Positions 42,401-55,420 of a stretch of DNA of 64,000 bases are shown piece by piece. Every line of letters starts with the position of its first letter. Positions within the stretch are counted from its first letter, which is position 1. The translations under genes were made by a program, and so were the position numbers. Source of the stretch: the human T2T-CHM13v2.0 reference genome, Homo sapiens. The notes beneath the pieces were generated by a model. The model had not been told where the DNA came from and searched no databases. It saw only the letters and a list, made by a program, of their open reading frames with translations. The DNA lies in assembly GCF_009914755.1 (NCBI RefSeq), contig NC_060929.1; one strand, 5' to 3'.

Positions 42401-43138
42401 AGAATCCACATGGATATTTGAGACCTTGAAGAACATGGAGTCTATATCTTAACCTTTGTATATGCCAGCTCAGTGTCATTTTCATCTTGCTCCTTCATTT
42501 AATTAGATTTACTTTTTTGCCTGGCATTGCATTGGACACTGGGCATGTGACAACCTCAAGTTGCTGTTAGCAGAGGGAGTGGGAGAGACATAAGCCAACA
42601 GCAATTACAATTCAGAACTTAAATGCCATTCTGGAGGTGTGTGCGAGGGCATGGGAAGCCTGAGCTCAGACTTCTTCCCGAAGACATCCATTATCTCTCC
42701 AAAGGTAAGGAGCCACACAAAGGAACACAATAGCAACAGAAAGCAAAAACATTTTTGCTTGTGATTGCAATGGAAAAACCCTCTTAAGGTCACTCAGGTG
42801 GGAAAGAGTGAACGTGGACTTGGGAAGGTGAGTAAAGTTCTCAGAGCCAGCGCTGCATTCACAGATGGCTCAGGTCCTTGGCAAGCCAGCCATGGCCACT
42901 ACCCATGCCCCTCCCCCTGCCTCTTCTTACTTGGTCCCTGGGCTCTGCCTTGTCTGCACCAGTGTCTTGGTGCTGCTGTCATCTGCTGCCTCTTGTCCTG
43001 CCCACTCCCGGGAGGTAAGTCCCCCAGACTCTTCTGTGCCCAGCACAATCACAAACATCTCTGATTTTTATGTGCAGGTTCCTTAAACGTTGCCACCTGG
43101 ACATTTGGCAGGGTGGTAATGTTTAAGGAACCATAACT

Positions 43139-43432
43139 GGCCGGGTGCGTTGGCTCATGCCTGTAATCCTAGCACTTTGGGAGGCCAAGGTGGGTGGATT
43201 GCTTGAGGCCAAGGGTTCGAGACTAGCCTGGCCAACATGGTAAAACCTCGTCTCCACTAAAAATACAAAAATTGGCTGGGAGTTGTGGCAGGCCTGTAAT
43301 CTCAGCTACTAGGGAGGCTGAGGCATGAGAATTGCTTGAACCCAGGAGTTTGAGGCTACAGTGAGCTGTGATCGCGCCACTGCACTCCAGCCTGGGCAAT
43401 AGAGTGAGACTATGCCTCATAAATATATATAA
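43139..43432 (+). mobile_element. Alu (AluJb/Sz-like)
   Basis: Full dimer ggccgggtgcgttggctcatgcctgtaatcc...gagtgagactatgcctc with a decayed tail. Confidence 0.92.
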
Positions 43433-43624
43433 TGGATAATGAATCAGAAGTACAATTCAGGGAGTAGCTTCTAGTAAGTGCCAAGACCCAGACCTGCCCT
43501 CAGGGTCCATTATGTCCCTGTTCTTCTCTAGGGCCCATTGTGGCAGGGAAGTGCCCCAGGCTTCTACCTCCCAGCCCAGAGAGGCAGTATTTTCCCTTAT
43601 CTCACCTCTTAGTACTGTAAGAGG

Positions 43625-43745
43625 AGAATGACCATCCGTCCCAGTTTACACTTGATGTCTCAGTGTAATTATTAGTAATTATTAATAGTTCCCCCCTCAC
43701 TCCCCAAATAGCCCCAATTTGATTTTCAGCTTCATGGTCACATTG
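43625..43745. mobile_element. MER81-like hAT-Blackjack relic
   Basis: tgaccatccgtcccagttt...gtgtaattatt...atggtcac with tgaccat/atggtca inverted termini. Confidence 0.65.
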
Positions 43746-44829
43746 TCTAGAAATAATCTGCTCTAGGAAGACTGGTCATGAGGATATCCATTCTTTTCTG
43801 GGAAATCCCATCCCAACACCAAGGGACTGATCCAGCCTTATGGAGCCCAATAATGGTCATATACCAAGAGTCTGGAAGTAGTGCATTTACCAATGTCTGA
43901 CTCATTCCATCTTACAAAATACCATATGTGGGCATCACTAGTCCAATCCAAGTTGCACGGTGGCAGGATCAGTGCTCTCTCTTTTCAGTCACACCTCTAG
44001 TGAGAGGTGAGTCCTCTGCTGATTGGGAGTCCAAACAACCTTAAAGTCCAGCCTGACAGAATCCCTTGTTATACAACATTCAGACTTATGAGCCACTTGT
44101 CCACAGGACAGTTTATAAGGCATGGTTCCCCCTCGATGATAGGAGCCCCATGGTGTTAGAGGACTAAGCAATTTTAGCAAATATACAAGCAACTAAATAT
44201 ACAAATAAATAAACCAAATAAACCTCTGACCTAACTCTCAACTCTGTTAGGAAAGGAAAGCAAATATCAGCTCTATCAGCTCAGAAGTAAGACTCTTTCT
44301 GTCTGCGACACTTGGGTGTGAACAGCCATATGCAAAGTGTATCAGACAAGCAAGTTTATGCTATTGGCATGGAAGTGATGCAAATCCCAGGCCAATGAAA
44401 AAATCCAGCTTTGTATTCCCCATTCACCCTCAAGCCCAATCAAACTGAATCGAGATGTGGCAGGTGTGAGCTGTAAAGGAACAGACCCTGGTGCCCAGCT
44501 GGTCTGGGGTCTATGCACCATGTTTTTCCATTCACTCCCCATTCCCATGTTTATACTGCAACTGTTGATGCTTCTCCTGCTTTCAAAGCCTCCTGGCACA
44601 GGAGACGAGTATTGCACAAGGGAACATCGGTTATGTCTGGGCTGCCCGAGGGCCTCACAGGCTGTGAGTGGCTAAGTTTTCAAGACAACCCAACTCAGCT
44701 CATGCCAGATTTTAAAAGTGCACTGCCAGCACAGAGTGGCATCCAGATACCCTGAGGGCGTGTAACACTCCAACTTTCCCCATATGTCTGGAGCTATGTG
44801 GAGTTTCTCATTTGCTAAATTGGGCCAAG

Positions 44830-45170
44830 TCAGAAAATTTAGACCTGAGTTCTAATTCTAGCTTCGCTTCTAAATAGCTCACTTAACTCTCTAGGCCTTA
44901 ATATCCTCAACCGGAAAATATAGAAGTTGGCCTAGGAAGCTACCAACATCCCTCCTGCTCTGACATTCTGTGGGACTGCACTTCTCATGGCAATTACCAT
45001 CTGGTGGTTGTACCTCAGAAAATATTCTCTCTGGGCCTCAGTTTCCTCATTTGCAAAAGTGGTGCCCATACAATAGACACCTCACAAAGAGGTTGTGGAT
45101 TTCAAGTGGGACTGTGTACATAGAAGCAGACAGCACAGTGAGTGCACACAGTAGGAACTCAATAACTCTT
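44830..45170 (+). mobile_element. Two MIR fragments
   Basis: agacctgagttctaattctagct...cacttaactctct; ctctgggcctcagtttcctcatttgcaaa...cacagtaggaactcaata. Confidence 0.65.
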
Positions 45171-45924
45171 AATTTGTAACATCTCCCAGAGTCTCCATCT
45201 GTGAAACAGAAATAATACTTGCCAATCTAGCTTGTGAAAATGTATATAGAGCAATGAATAGAGAACGAAAGGGGCTTGGAATTAAGAAAAGCAAATGCAA
45301 ATGACAGGAGCTATTATTATGCAAAAATGGACTGAAGTCAGAGTTTAAGAGCAGGAGCAGATTTGATGTGCCTGATTAATTTATTAAACAGACTAAAACC
45401 ATAATTAGAGAAGTCTGCTTAAACCCCTGGACTTGTCTCAGATAAGATTAAAAGAGGGAAGGCAAAAGAGGAATCTCAGATGTTTCCACGGCTTGCTGGG
45501 CCCAGAAACGAGGCCAAGAGGAGAGAGGGAGGCCAAGGGAGGGGCAAGGGTGCTAAAATGACTGTTAGAGGAAAGGAGCTGCCGAAGCCAAGGGAGCAGC
45601 TGGGAGTAGAGGCGATGACAGCTGAAGAAAGGGGTTATTTCAGAACTGTTCCCTGTGGCCTCTTTAGCTTTGGCTCTCATTAAAATGAGGGGAATGAGCT
45701 AGAGGAAACCTTGCTTCCCTTTTTATGAGAAAGGGTGAGCCTTGTTTGCCCAGGAGGGGAATTGCCACAAAAGAAGAGTGTGCCTGTCTCAGCTTAGAAG
45801 TCCTACAGAGAAGGAGCACTCATACCCTTAGGCAATGGGTCCTCTCATGGAGGCCCCGAGGGAAGCAGGTGCCATGGGCTGATCGAAGCTCTTGGGCAGA
45901 AATCCAGGCTTGGCTCTAGGTTAT

Positions 45925-46272
45925 TTTTTTCTAACATTTTATTATGAAAAATCTCATATGGCACAGTTGAGGGCACTTTTTAGTGAACACTGGCATAGCC
46001 CCACCTAAATTCTATCATTATAGTTTTACTATCTGTGCTTTGTTGCATCTGTCCATTCAGCTATCCCTCTACCCATCCATTACTTCTTCCTAATTTTGGT
46101 GCATTTTGAAGTAAATTACAGGCTTCAATATGTTTCCATCTAAACACTTCATTTGATGTAAAATTTACATGTTATGAAATGCACAAATACTAAGTCTACA
46201 GGTGCCTCATTTTGACAAACATATGCACCTGTGTAACCCAAACCCGTATCAAGATACAGAACACCATCACCT
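45925..46272 (-). mobile_element. Old L1M 3' fragments
   Basis: acattttattatgaaaaat..., aatgcacaaatactaagt...ttttgacaaacatatgcacctgtgtaacc...atcaagatacagaaca. Confidence 0.65.
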
Positions 46273-46392
46273 CAGGCTTGACTACAGATTTGCTACATGA
46301 CCCTGGACAAGATCTTGCTTAACTTTGATCCCAGCCTGTCCCCAGCCTTTCTGATCATGGAACGCTTTTTCCAAGTGCCATGTTCAAAAATT

Positions 46393-46546
46393 TTGTCTTA
46401 AACAATTAAGCCTACATGGAACCTTAAATACCATTTAGTTCAAGCCCCCATATTCTAGTCAAAGGAATCTGAAGATTGGATATATTATTTATCCAAAGTC
46501 TCTAAATTGGTGGCACAGTTATAACAGGAAATTAATATTTATTGAG
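46393..46546 (+). repeat. Copy 1 of ~150-bp dispersed duplication (other copy at 48072-48221)
   Basis: Direct alignment: 8 substitutions and one 4-bp indel. Confidence 0.93.
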
Positions 46547-46984
46547 CAACTTCTCCAAACCAGGAAATATACTAGGTGCTCTATATGTGAATGTGAACCC
46601 TCACCACAACCTGCCTCACAGGACTATTGTAAAGATGAAATAAGATTAAATATGCAGAGTGCCTGGCACAGAGCAGACACCAAATGTCATCACTGCTTTT
46701 CTCTTGAGCCCCACATTTACATTTTAACACGTTCATACCGCTGAGATAGTAAATGTAGATGCTTCATCCCATTTAGTTATCACAATAACCCTGTGCATGC
46801 TTTACAGGTGACGATATTGCTTGTTTCTGATCATTATTAGTGAATGATGGTAGCACTAAGACTCAGACTCAGTCTCCTGACCTCAAATAATTTCAGGCAG
46901 TGAGATTTAGGAGCTTTGTTTATGTTCCTCCCAGGCCATCTGGAGCTAGAGTGGAAGGGCAATTTGAAAATGCTATGAAAGATA

Positions 46985-47545
46985 TATTTGGTTTAAGTGA
47001 CAGAAACCCAACTTAAACTGGCTAAATAGAAGAAAAGGGAATGTGTTGGTGCCTATAAGAGAAAGTTTTGGTAATGATCTAGCTTTAGGCATGGCATTGA
47101 TTGATTTAGGGCTTTACATGATGTTACCAGGGATCTGACTTTCTCTCTCTCTGCACTCCCATCCCCTCAAATTTTCTCGTATCTCGGCTCCGTTCTCAAG
47201 CAGCCCCACCCTCATGGAGGCAAGATGGCCATCAGCAGGCCATGGTTTACATCTCTCCAGATTAGCAATCTCAAAAGAAAAAGAAAATTTCTTTTGCAAT
47301 ATCTGGCAAAAATCCAAGGATTGGTTTTACTGAACCAGGTTGTTTTATGTGTCTATTCTTGAAACAATCACTTTTTCAAAAAGGACAGAATCTATTAACT
47401 GGCCACCACGGGTTATGAGCTACTGCTGTAACCAGAGGTGGGGTCACCTCCTCCGGAGCCCCACAGACTGAAAAGAAGAAAGAGATGGTGTCCCCTATGA
47501 AAATCAACATGCTATTATCAGAGGAAAGGGAAAAGGGATGCTGGG
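46985..47545 (-). mobile_element. Old MaLR (MLT1) LTR
   Basis: aagtgacagaaacccaacttaaactggct..., gctttaggcatggc..., ggcaagatggccatcagcag..., ggatgctgggaagca. Confidence 0.65.
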
Positions 47546-47634
47546 AAGCAAAGTCTAGTTAACAAAAACAAGTTCAACAAAACTAGTTGGTGACCTGGAT
47601 CAACTTGAACTATTGAAAGTGGGTTTTCCAGAAA

Positions 47635-47735
47635 AGTTTCTCCCAGATATGATTGCTCATCCAAATCTCTGGAAGAGTTGTTTCAATACAGATTCCATGG
47701 CCCCACCCAAGGCCTACAGAATCAGAATCCCTGCT
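47635..47735. mobile_element. MER5A partial
   Basis: aatacagattccatggccccacccaaggcctacagaatcagaatc. Confidence 0.6.
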
Positions 47736-47739
47736 GCCA

Positions 47740-48065
47740 GGGGTCTTTATGGAGTTTTGCTTTATTTTTAACACAGGCATGATTGATTCTATCACTGGCC
47801 ATTGGTGATTGAATTCACTCTCTAGGGCCTCTTCCTTCCCAGAGTGGGGAGCATTGAAAGCTGCAAACTTCTAATTACCTGTTTGGTCTTCCTGGCCTCC
47901 TGCCCCATCCTGAAGCTATCTAGGGGCCCATGAAAGGTCACATCATTAGCATAAACTCAGGTATAGTTGAAAGGGGCTCATTATGAATAACAAGATACAC
48001 TCCTATCACTCAGGAAATTCCAAGGGTTTTAGAAACTGAAGACAAAGACCAAATTTTTTTTTATT
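47740..48065 (-). mobile_element. MER21-family LTR fragment
   Basis: ggcatgattgatt..., catcctgaagctatctaggggccc..., cattagcataaactcagg..., ctcctatcactcaggaaattccaagggttttag...gacaaagaccaaat. Confidence 0.8.
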
Positions 48066-48071
48066 TTTTTA

Positions 48072-48221
48072 TTGTCTTAAACAAGCCTACATGGAACCTT
48101 GAATACCATTTAGTTCAAGCCCCCATATTATAGTCAAAGGAATCTGAAGATTGGCGATATTATTTATCCAAAGTCACTGAACTGGTGGCACAGTTACAAC
48201 AGGAAATTAATATTTATTGAG
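48072..48221 (+). repeat. Copy 2 of 46393-46546 duplication, abutting the MER21 terminus
   Basis: Direct alignment. Confidence 0.93.
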
Positions 48222-49431
48222 AAACTCTATAAGAACACAGTTCTTATTAGAGGTTTATAGATCATGCCTAAAAAGGGAAGCTCAAATGACAATCCATTAG
48301 GGTAAAGTCCAGCTGAAGTTCTTACTGCCTCATATAACCACTAAGAAAATGCTGAGCCATTCCCTTATTCCCTGATTTAATAAAGGATTTGGAGTCAAAG
48401 AATCAATGCATTCATGTGTTGACCTTCCAGGGAACTTACCTGATTTGTCTCAGGCATCCTTAGTGCCTTAGCCCAGGGATCCCAAGATACATGAGGTCCA
48501 CTCCAAACCCTTCCCAGGAAGGTCTCTAACCATCTATCCCCAAGGATGCCCAGTGTCATGCCCCACCCCCTCGCAGTACTCTCTTACTTCCCTCAGAGAT
48601 GTTCAGGCATCAGTGAAATTCTCAATAACAACTCCATTTTAGAGGTGTTTTTCCCCCAGAGGAATTACTATGATGGTAGCCATTTTGAATGTCAGGCCAT
48701 GAGGGAGCTACTTCTGCTTACATGGGCCTTGTGGCCATCATTCCTGGGGCATGTGAGATAGGATGTGAAAGGGCATGTGCTCATAGCTTCTCTTTTTCTT
48801 AGCACAGATGACTGAAATAAGAAAAGGTTGAGGCAAAAATTAGAAGAAGTCAGCAAAGTTTCTTTGGGCCATCCATCTCCTGTTTTGGTTCCCTTCTCCC
48901 ACAGTCTTTCCCTTCCCCTTTACAGGTTCCCAGTGACTTCCTCCTTTCATACCTCACTGGAAGCAACATAGGAAAGGGACAGGGAAAGGAAGGACAAAAG
49001 AGAAGACAGAGCCCAGGGACACTCAGCATGGTGCAGCCAAGGGAAGCATGAAGTTGAGAAGAACCAGGACAAGTGACTTTTGATTGAGTTGACGTTGATA
49101 TTGCTCATACATGAAAATGATATCAGAAAAAATTACCGGAAAGCAAATTGCAGATTCTTCAAAACTCAATATGTGGGAAGAAAAGAACCAAAAATGCATT
49201 TTTGCTGAGTAAAATGAATAGAAAAGTCATCTTGTTCTATAATCCCAAAGTAGACTCTAAAATTGGTCTCCATATCATTGGCACCACCCAGGTCTGTCCC
49301 AGCCACTGTCACCTGGACTCTCTGTGCCTATTCTTTTCCCATCTATGGCATTCATTAGAGAGGCTAAAATTTGTGTGGGATCTTAGAGGGAAGAATGGCA
49401 TGTAGAGAAAAGCATCATGAGACAGGGACTC

Positions 49432-49487
49432 AAAATGCAGGCTCTAGTCTCAAAAAAAAAAAAAAAAAAAAAATGCAGGCTCTAGTC
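49432..49487 (+). mobile_element. Minimal TPRT insertion: (GTC)TC + poly(A) between 18-bp direct repeats
   Basis: aaaatgcaggctctagtc (49432-49449), then tc + A-run, then aaaatgcaggctctagtc (49470-49487). Confidence 0.8.
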
Positions 49488-49689
49488 CCCCCCTGACAGT
49501 GATTAGTGTGAACTGGGATAAATCAAATCCCCATTCTGGGCCATAGTCTCCTAAGCTTGGATGATAATCTTTAAGATTACTTCCAGCTTTTATGTTTCAA
49601 GAGACAATGCATTCTGTGTTCATTCCCCCCCGATTCAATAATTTCTCCTAAAGTGCTCTAAAGTAAACGTACTCATCTTAGCTTAGACA

Positions 49690-50040
49690 CATGAGTGACA
49701 GAGAACTCTGCCTCCCAGGGCATTTACTCCTTGTTGGTCGATTTGTGGTTTCAGAATATGCCTCTCTGTAGTTTCCTCCCATTGATCTTAGTCTGGACAC
49801 TAGAATAATCCAGAACAAGAGACCCTACCTGTCCACATGATAGCAGTTTAAATATTTAAAGACATTATCCTGGCCTCCATTCTCAAGTTACCCTCTCCAC
49901 TTCCTTTCACTCTATGTAAATGATTTTCAGACACCTCAACATCTTTCTTGCCTATGTGGGGCTCCTCCCTAGTTTATCAATGCCCATCTTAAAATGTAGT
50001 TGCCCAAATTAAATTGTATATCCTTGTGATCTCAGCAGAT
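49690..50040 (-). mobile_element. L3/CR1 remnant
   Basis: cccattgatcttagtct..., ttaaatatttaaagaca..., tcaatgcccatcttaaaatgtagttgcccaaa. Confidence 0.5.
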
Positions 50041-51592
50041 AGCTCAAAGACTATCTCTAGTAATCTCAGAAACTGCTTCTCCGAATGTTTTGGTTTTATT
50101 AGTAGTGAAACAACAGCATGCACTGGCTGTTGATGTGGTGCTGATGGTGGTGGCTGATGTTTAAACCAGCTACATTATACTGTTGCTTCTCAGAGGTGGG
50201 GTTCCAGCTGAGCCTGAACTGGATTCAAAAGTTGCAAGTACAGTACATGAAGGATGGCTATTAATGGTGACCCACCGGCATTGATCATTCTGTAGCAGGT
50301 GATTTTCATGGAGGAAGAAGCCTGTGGGAGGGGTCTGGTGCCAGAGTGCCTGGGGATGGAAATGTGAAGTAGCGAGGACACGAGAAGTCAGTCAAAATTG
50401 TAGCCTTTAAGATAGCTTAGATCTGCGGAGAGTGGGGTTGGGAGTTAAATTAGGGTATACACAAGACTATGTGGGCCCGGGCACAACAGCCGACAGAAAC
50501 TGGAGGAGGCAGCACCCTCCCTATTTCTGCTCATGACCTAGTGGAGTCCCATGGAACACCCGGCAGGCAGTAAGCAACAGGCAAGGGGGCAGGGGCAGGA
50601 TCTGTTCCTAACGTAGCATGGGTGACATTTGGAGGATTCCAAGGAAAGCTTATGGGCTCTCTGAAGATGAACATGATCCCGTCTTTGGCACTGCCGGGGA
50701 AAACTGAGCTGGTAAGGTTCAATTATTACCGGTAATGAGAGCTCATTGGAACCAATAAACTGATGATGCAAATACTATTTGGGGTATATTAATATTAACT
50801 AACAGTTAATGTGACCTCTTTCAAATTCATGTCAATTTAAGACATTCAAGACTTCTCTGAAAAGTTCCCAGTAATGTCAAATATGCTGGCTTGCCTACTA
50901 TACTTTGAGTAACAAGGAATTATAACACATGGCCATAGATCTCTAAAAGAATAGTATTGAGCTAAACAGTGCCCTGAACTTGAACTACAGGGTTGGTTTC
51001 ATTGCTCTCTGCTTTGCTTCCATTTTTATAAATCCTCAGAAACTTCCCCTTACTTGCTAAAATTTAGACCCTGCTCACAACATTTTTGCCATCTTTGTGT
51101 GGTTACTGAAAATAAAGAGAAAACCTCATTTGTAAAGGAAATGCCTAGGAAGCAAAGCTGTCTACTTTTGGGAAGGGAAGAAATCTCCTTTTCTGAAGGA
51201 CATATTAAAATTAATCATAGAAACAGATTTTGAACTTTCATCATATTTGACCTGACATTTGATTTTCCAGAATGACTAATAAATGAGAGAAGAGAGAAAA
51301 AGCGAAGTCATTTGAATATGATCCCTTCCCTTCCTTAATCTCAATATAAACTATCTAGGGTTGTGAAGAGACTTTAAAACGTAAAATCAAAACATGTGCT
51401 GGTGAGCTTCTAAATCTTATCATTTTGGATCCAGGGTGGTGCAGAAATGAGAGGGGTAGATGAGGGACTACAAAGAACAGAGGTTGTTTTCACCCTGGGT
51501 GACACACCCTGTTCTCACTCAGGTCCCAGCCCAAGAGGTTCGTTTTTCTTCTTTAAGTTTTGTCAGAGAATATTTTTAAAAAATAAAACATC

Positions 51593-52859
51593 TTTTTTTT
51601 TTATTTTTCCATAAGTTATTGGGGTACAGGTGGTATTTGGTTACATGAGTTCTTTAGTGATGATTTGTGAGATCCTGGTGAACCCATCACCTGAGCAGTA
51701 TACACTGCACCATATTTGTAGTCTTTTATCCCTCACCTCCCCTCCCACTCTTCCCCCGAAGTCCGTAAAGTCCACTGTATCATTCTTACACCTTTGCATC
51801 CTCATAGCTTAGCTCCCACTTATCAGTGAGAACATACAATGTTTGGTTTTCCATTCCTGAGTTACTTCCCTTTAAATAGTAGTCTCCAATCTCATCCAGG
51901 TCATTGCAAATGCTGTTAATACATTCATTTTTATGGCTGAGTAGTATTCCATCGTGTGTGTGTGTGTGTGTCTGTGTGTGTGTATACATATATACATATA
52001 TAACAGAGTTTCTTTATCCACTCATTGATTCATGGGCATTTGGGTTAGTTCCACGATTTTGCAATTGTGAATTGTGCTGCAATAAACATGTGTGTACAAG
52101 TATCTTTTTCGAATAATGACTTCTTTTCCTATGGGTAGATACCCAGCACTGTGATTTCTGGGTCAAATGGTAGTTCTGCTTTTAGTTCTTTAAGGAATCT
52201 CCACACTGTTTTTCATAGTGGCTGTACTAGTTTACATTCCCACCAGCAGTGCAGGATTGTTCCCTGATCACTGCATCCATGCCAACATTTACTGTTTTTG
52301 ATTTTTTGATTATGGCCATTCTTGCAGGAGTAAGGTGGTATCACATTGTGGTTTTGATTTGCATTTCCCTGATCATTAGTGATGTTGAGAATTTTTTCAT
52401 AAGTTTGTTGGCCATTTGTATATCTTCTTTTGAGAATTGTCTATTCATGTCTTTAACCCACTTTTTGATGGGATTGTTTTTTCTTACTTCTTTGAGTTCA
52501 TTGTAGATGCTGGATATTAGTCCTTTGTCAGATGGCTAGATTGTGAAGATTTTCTCCCACTCTGTGGGTTGTCTGTTTACTCTGCTGACTGTTCCTTTTG
52601 CTGTGCAAAAGCTATTTAGTTTAATTAGGTCCCAGCTATTTATCTTTGTTTTTATTGCATTTGCTTTTGGGTTTTTGGTCATGAAATCCTTGCCTAAGCC
52701 AATGTCTAGAAGGGTTTTTCCAATGTTATCCTCTAGAAATTTTAGTTTCAGATCTTAGGTTTAAGTCCTTAATCCACCTTGAGCTGATTTTTGTATAAGG
52801 TGAGAGATGAGGACCCAGTTTCGTTCTCCTACATGTGGGTAGCCAATTATCCCAGCACC
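51593..52859 (-). mobile_element. 5'-truncated L1PB (L1PB1-like) 3' end with internal TG/TA microsatellite
   Basis: Poly(T) then ccataagttattggggtacaggtggtatttggttacatgag...; antisense ORF2 continues to agccaattatcccagcacc. Confidence 0.9.
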
Positions 52860-54179
52860 TACTCCCCTCAAGCATCACACTCTAAAATCTCACACAGAAA
52901 ACTCTTCCCCACAACCAACCTAAAACATAAGGCAGACACTCAGGGGCTAGAACACAAGCAGAAAGAAGCTTTACATTACACTCAGGGGTCGGGGGTACAC
53001 AGGCACACCCACCATCATTAGAAGGCCATCTCTGACAAAGACAGCATCAACTCAGGCTCAACCTCCAGGGCAAGCTCGGCAGGGCTGGCCTTCCTCCTGC
53101 TTCTGCTACTATCTTGAAGCCCTGGGCTTGGCCCCTCCACCAGCAGTACCTTGGTAACCCTGCCCACTCGGGCTCAACTGACTTTTCTTCTGACAGTATG
53201 TGAAGAGCAGGTATGTTACACAGCACTTCCCCTCCAACAGAGGCTCTCTAAGCACTCTATACCAATATTAGCTTCAGAAGGTGAAGACCAGCTTCTTCTT
53301 TCAGCTAGCCAGGCCCAAGCAAGTCACGGATGAGAGAACACATAACTTGCATACAGATAGTAGAAAAGCAGCTAACTCAAGTAAAGCGTAGCCAGGCAGG
53401 AATCTAAACTGGGATGGGTGACTGATAAAGAATTTACTATGCCCTTCTATTTCAGCCTGCCAGTCAAGTGGTTGTTCTGTCCTTCCATTTACTTATATTC
53501 TATTCCTTACCTATTTAAAAAAATGAGGACGTTTATGACAAAAATCAAAAATCCAACTGACCCATTAAAACAAAAGTGGAAGAACCAAGACTTGGATTGA
53601 AAAACTAGGAAAACACTGACTTATGAAGCCTAAGCTATAGACAAATCATTGCAATCATCCCCCAAATTAGCTCTGTGCTCCTGGTAGTCAAGGTGAAAAA
53701 AGGAAAACTATTAATTTAAAAACTGTCATCTAATAAAAGGAAACACATTTTTTCATTAAAAGAAACAAAAATTTTTCTACCTGTAAACTCTAAGATGACC
53801 TCTCTACATATTGGGTTTTCCTAGTTATGATTAAATCATAATAAGAATGTCTTGTTATTTTGGGAACTGATACTGCTGTATGCCAGAGAGTCAGAGGCCA
53901 CTGTCTTGCTTCTGGGTTTTACATATGCTGCTATGTAGGGAATATGTAATGACATTATGATGTTTAAAATTATACTTCTGAAATGAAAATGAAATATTGA
54001 ACCTGAAAATCCAAACAACTCTAAAAATTAGCATCTCTTAGAATATCAATCATTTCCATATTACAGTCCCAGTGTCTTATGGAAGGAAGGTCCTTGCATG
54101 TTAAATATGGGGTAGGTGAAGCTCATCTCCTGAAATCTACTTTCCTATTTTTTCCCCACAGATGATGATGTTTAATTTT

Positions 54180-54290
54180 TAATGTTTTATTTTGGTAAAT
54201 TAAAAAATTGTGATAAAATATACATAACATTAAAATGACCATTTTGACAATTTTAAGTGTACAATTCAGTGGCATTATGTACACTCATTT
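54180..54290 (-). mobile_element. L1M 3' tail fragment
   Basis: ttgtgataaaatatacataaca...ttttaagtgtacaattcagtggcatta. Confidence 0.65.
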
Positions 54291-54559
54291 TCCCTTCCAT
54301 TGATGCAGCCCCATCTCCACCCTAGACCCTCCTATAAGGAGAAAACCGATAGGCATTATTATTTTTATTGGAACTTTATATCTATTTACCTCTTAAAAAG
54401 AAGTTTTTCTCAAAAAGTGATGTTGATAATAAAGGAATGCATGAGGGATTTTCAGAGATGAGAGACAATGAGGCAAAGAAGTCTGGGTAAGAAGCCCTTC
54501 CATATGTCCTTAATAGAATACTTTCTTTCCCCCTGCCATCTTGGGGGTATAAGGAAGAA

Positions 54560-54715
54560 GGATGAGATTTAGAATTGCTACTTTGCCATGTGTCAGTTGC
54601 ATAGGCTTTTAACCAGCATCTTTCAGTCTTGATGTCCTTATCTGTAAAATGGATGGTAGTAATACTGATATCACTGTTACTGTATACGTTAAATGAGGTA
54701 ATACACATCAAGAGG
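54560..54715 (+). mobile_element. MIR
   Basis: tccttatctgtaaaatggatggtagtaatac...ttaaatgaggtaatacac. Confidence 0.6.
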
Positions 54716-55420
54716 TAACATTAAAATTGCTATGCCTGAATTGGTTATTACTTACGTGAAATTCTGCTTCTAATTAATACCATTAGGTTGCAAGCTCATT
54801 GAGGGTAGAGTCTAGTCTGAGCCCGAGCCTGAGCACATGTTGGCACTGAACAAACATTGGTTAAATGTATGGAAGGACCAAGATACTTGCATTCCACAGA
54901 AAATTCATAATGTATCTAGGATAATGAGAAGCAAAACTACAAAGAAGTAAATAGATTGAAAAAGAAAGTGAGTCTGTGTGATTTGTTGTGCTCCAGCCCC
55001 AAAGTGGGTGGAATGATCATTAGTTCATGAAAACTGGTACTCAGGTAACGGACACTCATAAATGAGTAGCACAACCTTCTGTAGAACAATTTGACAAAGT
55101 CATCAAAACCTTAAAAACAAACATATTAAGCCACAAAATTTCAATTCCAATTCAAGAAAGCTATGAGAAATATTCAAAGATGTACACAAACATGTAACTA
55201 CACGGAGGTTATTATACTGAATACAGGAAAATCAGAAGCCACTTTCTTGCCCAGCAACAAGGACTGGCAAAAAATATCACGTATATCCAGACAATAGGAC
55301 ACAATGCAGCCAACCTTTAAAATGATTGTATAGAAGAGTATTTATTGATAAGAAAAGGTGTCTAGAATATACTCAATTTTAAAAAAGAGGCTAACAAGCA
55401 ATAAACACAAAAAGAAAAAA

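Noticed and set aside
42690-43025. Several strong splice-donor-like words (AG|GTAAGG, AG|GTGAGT, AG|GTAAGT)
   Set aside because: No matching acceptor or ORF structure can be supported, and such words are expected by chance.
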